DNA from: Candidatus Nealsonbacteria bacterium
GTDB taxonomy: Bacteria > Patescibacteriota > Minisyncoccia > Minisyncoccales > CAZKCU01
DNA length: 46,731 nt
Assembly (NCBI GenBank): GCA_047456305.1
Contig: CP179888.1
Location: 67,690 to 114,420, forward strand
Direction: 5' to 3'
Under the pieces are notes generated by a model that ran no database searches, was not told where the DNA came from, and was given only the letters and a program-made list of their open reading frames with translations. Position 1 is the first letter of the stretch, and the number at the start of each line of letters is the position of its first letter. Made by a program: the position numbers and the translations under genes. This document shows, one piece after another, positions 34,627 through 42,438 of the stretch.

Positions 34627-35106
34627 CTATCTGATATTGATACAATCAAAATCACTACAGCCAGAGGTAGTATGACCGGTTCTTCCGTCATTATCTATAC
34701 AGTAACGGTCCTCTTGTGTGCCGTAATCTGCGAGCAATTCACCTATAATACAGTATTCAGTTGGAGATGTGGTAAATATAGGATAAGGCACATCTCCCTT
34801 GTTAGGAGTATCACCGTCTTGGGAGTCAATGTCATTACAGAGATTTTTCATCTCGGTATCATAATCACAATCCAAAGAAGAATAGCTGCCCTCCATAACC
34901 ATAATTAACTCAGCTTTAGTTCGAATCTGAGCCATAGAAGTCATAATCCTGGTATCTCTTGCCGTTTCTCTTCTTACAGCTACTGATAAAATAATAGTGA
35001 ATATAAGAACAATGATGGCAATAACCACGGCAAGTTCAATTAAAGTAAACCCTCTTAAGTTTTTTTTTAAAAAATTTTGGAGGGTGAAACTTTTTTGGTT
35101 TTTCAC
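34627..35106 (-). CDS. Type IV pilin-like protein (prepilin N-terminal cleavage/methylation domain)
   Basis: 159 aa with a GTG start. It has ..LRGFTLIELAVVIAIIVLIF.. (a G/FTLIE class III signal) and a Cys-rich C-terminal globular part. Confidence 0.8.
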   Translation of the reverse strand: MKNQKSFTLQNFLKKNLRGFTLIELAVVIAIIVLIFTIILSVAVRRETARDTRIMTSMAQIRTKAELIMVMEGSYSSLDCDYDTEMKNLCNDIDSQDGDTPNKGDVPYPIFTTSPTEYCIIGELLADYGTQEDRYCIDNDGRTGHTTSGCSDFDCINIR

Positions 35107-35123
35107 TTATTTTTATCTATTAT

Positions 35124-36473
35124 TTATTTGATTAAAGCTTTTATAGATATGGCTGCTCTTTTTAGATCTGGATAATTTGGAATCTTGTTTTCTTCAAGTA
35201 ATTTTATTCCCGGTTGAGCAAATTTTCCCCCTAAAAAGCAACAAATTATTGGTTTTTCTGGCCATTTTCTTTTTGCTTCTATGATTATTTTAGCATTTTT
35301 TTCTGTTTCGGTCATGATTTGCAAAGTCTGAATTACTAATAAGCCATAAACATCTTTTTGCTCCAAAAGAGCTTCAATTGCAACTTGATAACGACAAGCT
35401 AAAGCATCGCCCACTATATCTAAAGGATTTCTTTTAGAATAAGCTGGATGCATTTTTTTAGATTTTTCTAATTTTTGCAAGGTTCTTCTATTCAATTTTG
35501 ATAATTTTATTCCTAATTCTTGACAATAATCCGCCATCAACACTCCACAACCTCCACCGTTAGTCACAATCCCTAGACCATTTTTACAACGAGGTTGCCA
35601 AGACAAAGTTTTAGATACGTCAAAAAGTTCTTCAATTGTTCCGGTTTCAATTATACCTGTTTGTTTAAAAACGGCAGAATAGGTTTCGTAAATCCCGGCT
35701 AAAGAAGCAGTGTGAGTAGTTACAGCTTCGGCTCCCCTTTTGGTTTTTCCGGCTTTTAATGCCAATATTGGCTTTAATCTTGAGACTTCTTTTGCTATTT
35801 TCATAAATCTTCTTCCATTTTTTACCCCTTCAATATATAAAGCAATAACCTTTGTCTCTTTATCTTTTTTTAGCCATTCTAAAAAATCTGAAATTTCTAA
35901 ATCAGCTTCATTTCCATAAGAAATTAGATTTGAAAAACCATAATTTTCAATTAAATTTCTATCAATTACCGAATCTATCAATGCCCCGGATTGAGATAAA
36001 AAAGCAATTTCTCCTTTTTTGGGGGAAGCCGGAGCAAAAGAAGCATTTAATTTTATAGAAGGCCGGACAATACCAAGACAATTCGGTCCGACCAATGGAA
36101 CCCTTGCTTTTTTAACCATTTTTATAATTTCATCTTGTAAAACTTTTCCTTTTTTTCCGCTTTCAGCAAAGCCAGAGGAGATTATTATAATTCCCCCAGC
36201 CTTTTTTTCGCAACATTCTTTAACAACTTTTGGAACTATTTTTGCTGGCACGGCAATTATTGCCAGATCAACTAATCTTTTAATTGATTTAATACTCGGT
36301 AAACACTTAACTCCCAAAACTTCTTTTCGGTAAGGATTAATAGCGTAAACTTTTCTTTTTGCCTTACCTTCTAAAGCATTTTTCATCAATCCCCAGCCAA
36401 CCGATTTTTCTTCAGGTTTAGCTCCGATTATGGTAATAGATTTAGGATTAAAAATTTTTTCTAAATTTCTCAT
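35124..36473 (-). CDS. ADP-forming acetyl-CoA synthetase, alpha part (CoA-binding plus CoA-ligase domains)
   Basis: 449 aa with ..PKSITIIGA.., ..VGPNCLGIV.., ..LSQSGAL.. and ..HTASLAG.. (phospho-His region), as in NDP-forming acyl-CoA synthetases. Confidence 0.75.
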   Translation of the reverse strand: MRNLEKIFNPKSITIIGAKPEEKSVGWGLMKNALEGKAKRKVYAINPYRKEVLGVKCLPSIKSIKRLVDLAIIAVPAKIVPKVVKECCEKKAGGIIIISSGFAESGKKGKVLQDEIIKMVKKARVPLVGPNCLGIVRPSIKLNASFAPASPKKGEIAFLSQSGALIDSVIDRNLIENYGFSNLISYGNEADLEISDFLEWLKKDKETKVIALYIEGVKNGRRFMKIAKEVSRLKPILALKAGKTKRGAEAVTTHTASLAGIYETYSAVFKQTGIIETGTIEELFDVSKTLSWQPRCKNGLGIVTNGGGCGVLMADYCQELGIKLSKLNRRTLQKLEKSKKMHPAYSKRNPLDIVGDALACRYQVAIEALLEQKDVYGLLVIQTLQIMTETEKNAKIIIEAKRKWPEKPIICCFLGGKFAQPGIKLLEENKIPNYPDLKRAAISIKALIK

Positions 36474-36490
36474 AAAAATGGATTTACTTT

Positions 36491-37135
36491 TTAAATCAAT
36501 ATTTTTACATCAACTACTAATGCCCCTTTTTGATTAACAATTATTGGATTTAAATCAATTTCTTTTATATTTTTTTCTTTTAAAGAAAGTTTAGAGAGGC
36601 TGGCAATGATTTTGCTAATACTTTTAATATTGACTGGTTTTCTCTTTCGAGCCCCGGTTAAAATTGGAAAACTCTTCAAGGTTTTTAACATTTCTAAGCC
36701 CTCCTTTTCGTTAACCGGAGCTACTCTAAAAGAGACATCTTTTAAAACTTCAATAAAAACTCCTCCTAAACCTACCATCAAAACTGGACCAAACTGCAGA
36801 TCTTTTTTCATTCCAGCTGCTACCTCAATGCCTTCTTCCATTTTTTGAACTAAAATCCCATCCACTTTGGCTTGAGGTTTCTTTTTTTTAATCCGATTTA
36901 AAATTTCATCCCAGACTTTTTTTAATTCCTTTTCATTTTTTACTCCCGTTTTCACTCCGTCAATATCAGATTTGTGCAAAATATCTGGAGAAGAAATTTT
37001 TAAAACTGCTGGGTAACCAATTTTTTTAGCAAAAATCAAAGCTTCTTTTTTTGATTTGGTTAACCTAGTTTGGCAAACCGGTATTTTATACTTCAAAAGA
37101 AGTTTTTTTGTCTCTTGAAAATTTAATAAACCCAT
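36491..37135 (-). CDS. ADP-forming acetyl-CoA synthetase, beta part (ATP-grasp domain)
   Basis: About 214 aa from MGLLNFQETKKLLLKYKIPV.. with an ATP-grasp pattern. It is adjacent to the alpha part. The track start at 37153 is a TTG extension. Confidence 0.7.
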   Translation of the reverse strand: MGLLNFQETKKLLLKYKIPVCQTRLTKSKKEALIFAKKIGYPAVLKISSPDILHKSDIDGVKTGVKNEKELKKVWDEILNRIKKKKPQAKVDGILVQKMEEGIEVAAGMKKDLQFGPVLMVGLGGVFIEVLKDVSFRVAPVNEKEGLEMLKTLKSFPILTGARKRKPVNIKSISKIIASLSKLSLKEKNIKEIDLNPIIVNQKGALVVDVKILI

Positions 37136-37166
37136 GTTTATACATTTTAACAAAATTTAAGCAAAT

Positions 37167-37188
37167 TAAAAGCCGCTCTTCAGCGGCT
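37167..37188 (-). terminator. Rho-independent-type terminator after the 37203-38087 gene
   Basis: The minus strand reads AGCCGCTGAAGAGCGGCT followed by TTTTAATTTG. Confidence 0.5.
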
Positions 37189-37202
37189 GTTTAACTAACT
37201 TA

Positions 37203-38087
37203 TTATTTTGAAAAAGGTTGGACAACAATAGTTTTTGCATTTAAAATTCCTATTACTAAAAAGGCTATATAAAGACCAGAGTTAAAAAGTCCAAAATAAG
37301 GAATAGAAATTCCGCTTAATTTTACTACTGTTCCTAAAATAAGAGGTAAAGTTAAAGAAAAAATTCCAATATTTAAAAGGTTTTGATAATTTAGACCAAC
37401 TTTTTTTACTTTATTAATAATCAAAGAAATTAAACTAAATCCAAAAACCTGAATCAATTTTCCTATTAAAAGAAAAATAAATATAAAAATAGTTGCAATT
37501 GGGAAAAATATCAAACTCAAAGTATTAGCCCATTTATTGGCCTTTTTAGCAGTCAAATCGAATTTTTGATTATCAAAAGCTAATTTCAAAAGTTTTTCTC
37601 CTTCTCTAATTCTTAAATTGAAATATTTTATCTGGGAAAGATCATAAACGCTCGTTTCTCCAACTCTCTTTTCTGTCTTCGATTGAATAGTCATTTGGGG
37701 AATAATTATTTTATCTTTTAAAAGAATGACAGAAAATTTTGTAGGTAAAATTTCTAAATATTTACCTATCTCTCCCTCGGGATCAATAATTATTCCTCCT
37801 CTTTCCCACTCTTTAGTATAGAATTCTTTTGGCAAAATAAGTTCCCCGTTTTGAATGGTAATTTCAGGAAAATCTTTAAGTTCTTCAAAAAAATCAGGTA
37901 AACCTTTAGATAATCTCTGAATTCCCTGAGTAAAATTTATTGTTGATTTAAAAGATAGAACTAAAGCTAAAAGCAATAAGAGAAATGCCAAATATTTAAA
38001 ACTCTCCTTTAGCGGTTGAGGGGCAATTTCCTTAAAAAATTTAGGGTTAAAACTTCTTATTAAATTTTTCCAAAAAGATTTTCGCAT
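37203..38087 (-). CDS. Polytopic membrane protein, unknown function (possibly DUF1189-like)
   Basis: 294 aa with one N-proximal TM, a ~130-aa loop and then 3-4 C-terminal TMs. The family call is tentative. Confidence 0.35.
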   Translation of the reverse strand: MRKSFWKNLIRSFNPKFFKEIAPQPLKESFKYLAFLLLLLALVLSFKSTINFTQGIQRLSKGLPDFFEELKDFPEITIQNGELILPKEFYTKEWERGGIIIDPEGEIGKYLEILPTKFSVILLKDKIIIPQMTIQSKTEKRVGETSVYDLSQIKYFNLRIREGEKLLKLAFDNQKFDLTAKKANKWANTLSLIFFPIATIFIFIFLLIGKLIQVFGFSLISLIINKVKKVGLNYQNLLNIGIFSLTLPLILGTVVKLSGISIPYFGLFNSGLYIAFLVIGILNAKTIVVQPFSK

Positions 38088-38143
38088 TCATTTTAATTAC
38101 GGAGTAATTACAAGGAGTGAAACGACCGGTTCATTTTAATTAC
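38088..38143 (-). repeat. Start-codon-proximal palindromic module, variant copy F, flanked by a 13-bp direct repeat
   Basis: Hairpin taattac-gga-gtaatta at 38094-38110, 6 nt from the ATG at 38087. Arm caaggagtgaaacgaccggt follows. The direct repeat tcattttaattac occurs at 38088-38100 and 38131-38143, and the second copy contains the gap stop codon. Confidence 0.65.
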
Positions 38144-39156
38144 AACTTCTTGCCAATATACTCAGCAAACTCGGCCAATCTGCAGGCATAAGCATATTCA
38201 TTATCGTACCAGGATAGGACTTTAATGAAATTTCCGCCTATCACTTTAGTGTTTTCAGAATCTACTATGGAAGAATAAGTATTCCCCTTGTAATCAGAAG
38301 AAACCAAAGGGGCATCTTCTATTCCTAGAATCCTTTTCATCTTTTCTCCTTGACTTGCCTTTTTGAAAACAAAATTTACTTCTTCTGGACTAGCAGCTTT
38401 TTCAGTCTGACAGATCAAATCGACAATGGAAACAGTAGGAGTAGGAACTCTGATCGCAATTCCGTCTAATTTTCCTTTCAGTTCTGGCATAACCTGACCA
38501 ATAGCTTTTGCTGCTCCAGTTGTAGTTGGCACAATATTTAAAGCAGCTGCCCTGGCCCTTCTTAGGTCTTTATGGGGTAAATCTAAAATTCTCTGATCCG
38601 TGGTGTAGCTGTGAATAGTGGTCATAAAACCTCGCAAAATCTTAAAGTTATCATTCAAAACTTTGGCTACAGGAGCCAAACAATTAGTGGTGCAAGAACC
38701 CATATCTAAAATTACATCTTTTTTAGGATTAAATTCGGTTTCATTTACTCCTAAAATAAAAGAGGGAATTTTTTCTGGATTTTTTGAAGGAGCAGAAATT
38801 ATTACTTTTTTTGCTCCAGCTTGAATATGTTTTTTTGCCCCATCGTAGTTTCTAAAAACTCCAGTGCATTCCAAAACAATGTCAATTCCCATCTCTTTCC
38901 AGGGTAAATCTGCCGGGTCTTTTTCAGCAAAAATTTTAAATTCTTTATCATCAACCAAAAGAGAGTTTTCAGCAGCTTTTACTATCTTTTTGTAAGCCCC
39001 ATATACAGAATCATACTTTAAAAGATGAGCTAAAGTTTTAGGGTCAGTTAAATCATTAATGGCCACCACTTCCAAATTGGGGTGATTATTTAAAATCCTT
39101 CTAAATGTTGGTCGACCTATGCGGCCGAAACCGTTGATAGCAATTTTTATAGACAT
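38140..39156 (-). CDS. gap: Glyceraldehyde-3-phosphate dehydrogenase, type I
   Basis: 338 aa with INGFGRIGR, the active site SCTTNCLAP, and ..WYDNEYAY.. Confidence 0.95.
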   Translation of the reverse strand: MSIKIAINGFGRIGRPTFRRILNNHPNLEVVAINDLTDPKTLAHLLKYDSVYGAYKKIVKAAENSLLVDDKEFKIFAEKDPADLPWKEMGIDIVLECTGVFRNYDGAKKHIQAGAKKVIISAPSKNPEKIPSFILGVNETEFNPKKDVILDMGSCTTNCLAPVAKVLNDNFKILRGFMTTIHSYTTDQRILDLPHKDLRRARAAALNIVPTTTGAAKAIGQVMPELKGKLDGIAIRVPTPTVSIVDLICQTEKAASPEEVNFVFKKASQGEKMKRILGIEDAPLVSSDYKGNTYSSIVDSENTKVIGGNFIKVLSWYDNEYAYACRLAEFAEYIGKKL

Positions 39157-39170
39157 AGAAATTTTAGTGA

Positions 39171-39302
39171 GGCAACAAGTTTCAAAGTAGCTTTCGGAGG
39201 CCTGTCGGCATGGTTTCGCCGAAGGCGGACGACAGGCCGAGAACGCAGGCTGCCAAACCTCGCTGGGGTTTGGACAGCCGGTACTTTGAAAACTTCGTTG
39301 CC
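39171..39302 (-). promoter_or_regulatory. GC-rich structured element (three-way junction) filling the grx-gap spacer, upstream of the gap ATG
   Basis: Closing stem 39171-39189/39282-39302. Hairpin 39199-39207/39230-39238 with inner stem cgcc-gaa-ggcg. Hairpin 39248-39259/39267-39279. It is much more GC-rich than its flanks. Confidence 0.4.
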
Positions 39303-39308
39303 GAACGA

Positions 39309-39548
39309 CTATTCTTTAATATTTAATAATTTGCAAATTTTTTCTTTATCAAATCCTACCACAATCTGGCCGTCAATTTCTACAATCGGCACCTCCATTT
39401 TCCCTGATTTTTTAATTAACTCTTCCTTGGCTTTTTCATCTTTAGAGACATCGATTTCTTCAAATTTAATCCCCTTCTCTTTCAAAAACTCCGTTAAGGT
39501 AAAACAATACGGACAGCCAGGAGTTAAAAAAATCTTTACTTCAGACAT
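39309..39548 (-). CDS. Glutaredoxin-like protein (CPYC)
   Basis: 79 aa with ..FLTPGCPYCFTLTEFLKEKGIKFEEIDV..VPIVEIDGQIVVGF.. Confidence 0.8.
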   Translation of the reverse strand: MSEVKIFLTPGCPYCFTLTEFLKEKGIKFEEIDVSKDEKAKEELIKKSGKMEVPIVEIDGQIVVGFDKEKICKLLNIKE

Positions 39549-39580
39549 AAAAAAAGATAAATTTTACTTGCAATAATTTT

Positions 39581-40330
39581 TTACTGACAACCGCCGGCTT
39601 CCAAACTTTCTCCGCTTATAGATTCAGCTCCAGCAGGAAGTTCACAGTCAGTTGCTGCTGCAATTTTTTCAAAAGTCCTTGCTTCTTCATATTGCCCTCC
39701 TTTAATAAGAATTGTTGGATATCCTTCAATTTCTTTTTCTTGGCATAATTTTTCTTCTTCGGTACATTCAACATAAACGGGTTTTACCGCATCAAAACCT
39801 CCCAACATCTCCACTAATCTTTTAGTCCAACCACACCAATTTGCTCCATAGATAACGAAATCAGCTTCTTCGAGGCAGCCTATAAATTTTGTCAGTTCTT
39901 CTGGCGATATAGTGTTTTCCAAAGAAGATTGTGGCGCTTCAGTTTCTGGCGCTTGGGCAATAGGCGCTTCTTCTTCTAAATTAATGCCTTCAGCGAACAA
40001 AAGTTTTCCATTTTTGCTTATATAAGAATCGTATTCTTGCTCCCCTATCTTAAGGCGAAATTTATAGACTCCATTTTCCTCTACCACGTTTATTAAGGAG
40101 GCAGTTGTCCCTTCAGTTAATAGATTTTGGTTAATATAATTTATTGCCTTCTCTGCTGCCTGTTGAGGAGACAAAGTTTCTGAAACTTTCTCTGTAACTT
40201 TTCCTTTATTTAGATAAACTAAAGCTCCGGCAATTAGCAACCCGGCAACAATAATAGCTACGGGTATTAAATTTTTACTTGCCCAAAAAAGAAATCTTTG
40301 ATTTCTAACGGGCTTTAAGTTTCCGGCCAT
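39581..40330 (-). CDS. Membrane-anchored thioredoxin-fold protein (monothiol WCGWT site)
   Basis: 249 aa with an N-terminal TM and a middle domain. The C-terminus has ..FVIYGANWCGWTKRL..GYPTILIKG.., which looks thioredoxin-like but has no second active-site Cys. Confidence 0.5.
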   Translation of the reverse strand: MAGNLKPVRNQRFLFWASKNLIPVAIIVAGLLIAGALVYLNKGKVTEKVSETLSPQQAAEKAINYINQNLLTEGTTASLINVVEENGVYKFRLKIGEQEYDSYISKNGKLLFAEGINLEEEAPIAQAPETEAPQSSLENTISPEELTKFIGCLEEADFVIYGANWCGWTKRLVEMLGGFDAVKPVYVECTEEEKLCQEKEIEGYPTILIKGGQYEEARTFEKIAAATDCELPAGAESISGESLEAGGCQ

Positions 40331-40335
40331 GATAC

Positions 40336-40399
40336 TTTTTTAATTTGCGAAGTAAATTGCCCACTGTTCACACACAGCAGTGAGCTGAGCGAACGGTTC
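40336..40399 (-). repeat. Start-codon-proximal palindromic module, copy B (long form, upstream of the 39581-40330 gene)
   Basis: Hairpin taatttgc-gaa-gtaaattg at 40341-40359, 10 nt from the ATG at 40330. Arm cccactgttcacacacagcagtgagctgagcgaacggttc follows. Confidence 0.7.
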
Positions 40400-40444
40400 T
40401 TTTTAATTTGCGAAGCAAATTACAGTGAGCTGAGCGAACGGTTC
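40400..40444 (-). repeat. Start-codon-proximal palindromic module, copy C (short form, in tandem with B)
   Basis: Hairpin taatttgc-gaa-gcaaatta at 40404-40422, then arm cagtgagctgagcgaacggttc, which is identical to the distal arm of copy B. Confidence 0.7.
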
Positions 40445-40474
40445 TTTATTATATATAACATAAACCTTGTTTTT

Positions 40475-41701
40475 TTACAATATTATCATTAAATACATAA
40501 TTGCTCCAGAAATAAGAGCTACTGTAAAATTGTCGTCAATGCCAATGGGCAAGGCTTCAATTATTGAAGCAGAGAGGGCTCCAGCAAATAAAATTAAAAA
40601 TGGAAAGTTAAGAAAATGAATAAATAAATAGCCAAAAATAAGACAAGCGGTCAGAGAAGCCATTGCCCCTTCCCAAGTTTGTTGAAAGAATTTTCTTTGG
40701 CCGAAGAGAAGGCCAAAAATTTTAGAAAATAGGTCTCCGAAAATAAGAAAAACTACTGCGATTATTGCAATTGATTTTTCAAAAACCAGAAAAGAAATAA
40801 AGCAGGCCAGCATAAAAAAGCTTAAGGAGGAAAAAACCGTTATTTCTTTCTTTTTAATAAAGAGTTTTTTAAATAAAAAAACGTTTGCTTTTTTAAATCC
40901 AAATCTAAAAAGATCTATAAGAATAAAAATAGCAGACAGACTTCCAGTAAAAATTAAAATCAGTTTTTTATCAAAATAAAGATAAAGAATGGGAAATAAA
41001 ATGGCGAAGGGCCGAAAGAAATTCCGCCAGGAGGTAATATCCTTTATGGTTTTTGCTTTATTAATTATTTCAAAAAATTTCGGGTCTTCCCGAAGGAAAC
41101 AGGCATTTTTGACAAAAAGAAAAATAAGAAGTAACCCCAGAAATATGGTAGTGGTATTCAAAGGAGCTGTCAGATAGATAAAAGAAAAGAGAGCAAAAAG
41201 AATAACGAGGTAGGGAATCGTCTTAGCAGACACTTTATCTTTAGTAATAAAGAAAAACAAAAAACCAGCTAATAAAGGAACTAAAATTGTCAGCCAGGGA
41301 ATCCATTGATTTTGAAGAGCTCTGACAAGGGAAAAAGATAGCATTCCCACGGCTGTTGCTATTCCAACTCCTCCTCGAAACCGAAGATAAAATGGAAAAA
41401 TGTGACCCAAAATTGCTGAAAAGCCGGAAAGATAGACAATATAAAGTGGGACATTTAAAAAATTGTAAACTATTCCTATTGTCAAAAGGCCTTTGAAAAA
41501 ATCGAAAATGCCGGTAGCCAGCCCAGGAATAGTTCCCACCATCAAAAAAGTATTCTTTGCCCCGGTATTATGATACCCATACTCTCTGATATCTATCTTT
41601 TTGAGAAATTTACCAAAAAAATAACCTGGCGAAATAGAACCGATTAAATATCCAATAAAAATACTAAAAAAATAATAGAACATTTCTATGTCTAACGGCA
41701 T
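40475..41701 (-). CDS. plsY: Fusion protein: PlsY-like N-terminal half plus CdsA/dolichol-kinase-like (CTP_transf_1) C-terminal half
   Basis: 408 aa. The N-terminus [46 protein letters not shown] is PlsY-like. The C-terminal ~180 aa (..[19 protein letters not shown]...WEGAMASL...[14 protein letters not shown]..) resembles the phosphatidate cytidylyltransferase / polyprenol kinase family. Confidence 0.6.
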   Translation of the reverse strand: MPLDIEMFYYFFSIFIGYLIGSISPGYFFGKFLKKIDIREYGYHNTGAKNTFLMVGTIPGLATGIFDFFKGLLTIGIVYNFLNVPLYIVYLSGFSAILGHIFPFYLRFRGGVGIATAVGMLSFSLVRALQNQWIPWLTILVPLLAGFLFFFITKDKVSAKTIPYLVILFALFSFIYLTAPLNTTTIFLGLLLIFLFVKNACFLREDPKFFEIINKAKTIKDITSWRNFFRPFAILFPILYLYFDKKLILIFTGSLSAIFILIDLFRFGFKKANVFLFKKLFIKKKEITVFSSLSFFMLACFISFLVFEKSIAIIAVVFLIFGDLFSKIFGLLFGQRKFFQQTWEGAMASLTACLIFGYLFIHFLNFPFLILFAGALSASIIEALPIGIDDNFTVALISGAIMYLMIIL

Positions 41702-42438
41702 TTGCCCTCCTTTATAACCTTCTCAATGGCTCCTTTGACTCTCTCTGTCTTTCCTAAATAATAATGTCTTATAGGTTTTAGATTTTCATCTAACTCATAG
41801 ATAAGAGGGATTCCAGTGGGGATATTCAATTCCGGTATTTTTTGAGGAGAAATGTTATCAAGATATCTAACCAAGGCTCTTAAGCTGTTTCCGTGAGCAA
41901 CAATTAAAACTTTCTTGTCTGATTTTATGGCAGGCACTATCTCTGTTTTCCAATAAGGTAGCAATCTCATTTCGGTATCTTTGAGAGATTCGGTGAGGGG
42001 AATTTCTTCTTTTTTCAGATTCTTATACAAAGGGTCCTTACCGGGATAACGAGCATCGGTTTCTTTAAGGGCTGGGGGTCTAACCTCATAACTTCTTCTC
42101 CACAAAAACACCTGTTCTTCACCATATCTTTTTGCTGTCTCTGATTTATTTAATCCTTGTAAAGCTCCGTAATGTCTTTCATTTAGTCTCCAGGTTTTTT
42201 TCACTGGGATATTTGTCAACCCCATTTCTTTTAAGACAAAATCCAAGGTTTTTGTTGCTTTTTTTAAGACAGAGGTAAAAGCAATATCAAAAGTCAATCC
42301 TTCTTTTTTAAGAAGCTTACCGGTTTCAATCGCTTCTTTGACGCCTTTTTCAGTTAAATCAACATCGGTCCAGCCAGTAAAACGGTTTTCTTTGTTCCAG
42401 ATGCTTTCTCCGTGCCGCAAAAGAACTAATTTGTACAT
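41692..42438 (-). CDS. gpmA: 2,3-bisphosphoglycerate-dependent phosphoglycerate mutase
   Basis: 248 aa with [28 protein letters not shown] and ..ERHYGALQG.. and ..[10 protein letters not shown].. Confidence 0.9.
   Translation of the reverse strand: MYKLVLLRHGESIWNKENRFTGWTDVDLTEKGVKEAIETGKLLKKEGLTFDIAFTSVLKKATKTLDFVLKEMGLTNIPVKKTWRLNERHYGALQGLNKSETAKRYGEEQVFLWRRSYEVRPPALKETDARYPGKDPLYKNLKKEEIPLTESLKDTEMRLLPYWKTEIVPAIKSDKKVLIVAHGNSLRALVRYLDNISPQKIPELNIPTGIPLIYELDENLKPIRHYYLGKTERVKGAIEKVIKEGKCR

Noticed and set aside
34591-34908. Plus-strand ORFs antisense to well-supported genes: 34591 (pilin), 39286 (grx), 36019 and 35852 (acdA), 26413 and 26877 (rpsB), 22935 (ybaK-like), 45120 and 45595, 40989, 38618, 36606, 31621, 28739 and 29027, 14973, 3306 and 3510, 786.
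   Set aside because: Each is shorter than, and fully nested in, a minus-strand gene with clear family motifs. They are AT-rich shadow ORFs.
39211-39229. A cUUCGg tetraloop in the gap leader as evidence for the transcribed strand.
   Set aside because: On re-reading, the stem CGCC/GGCG closes a 3-nt loop (TTC in sense, GAA in antisense), not a C(UUCG)G tetraloop. It gives no strand information.
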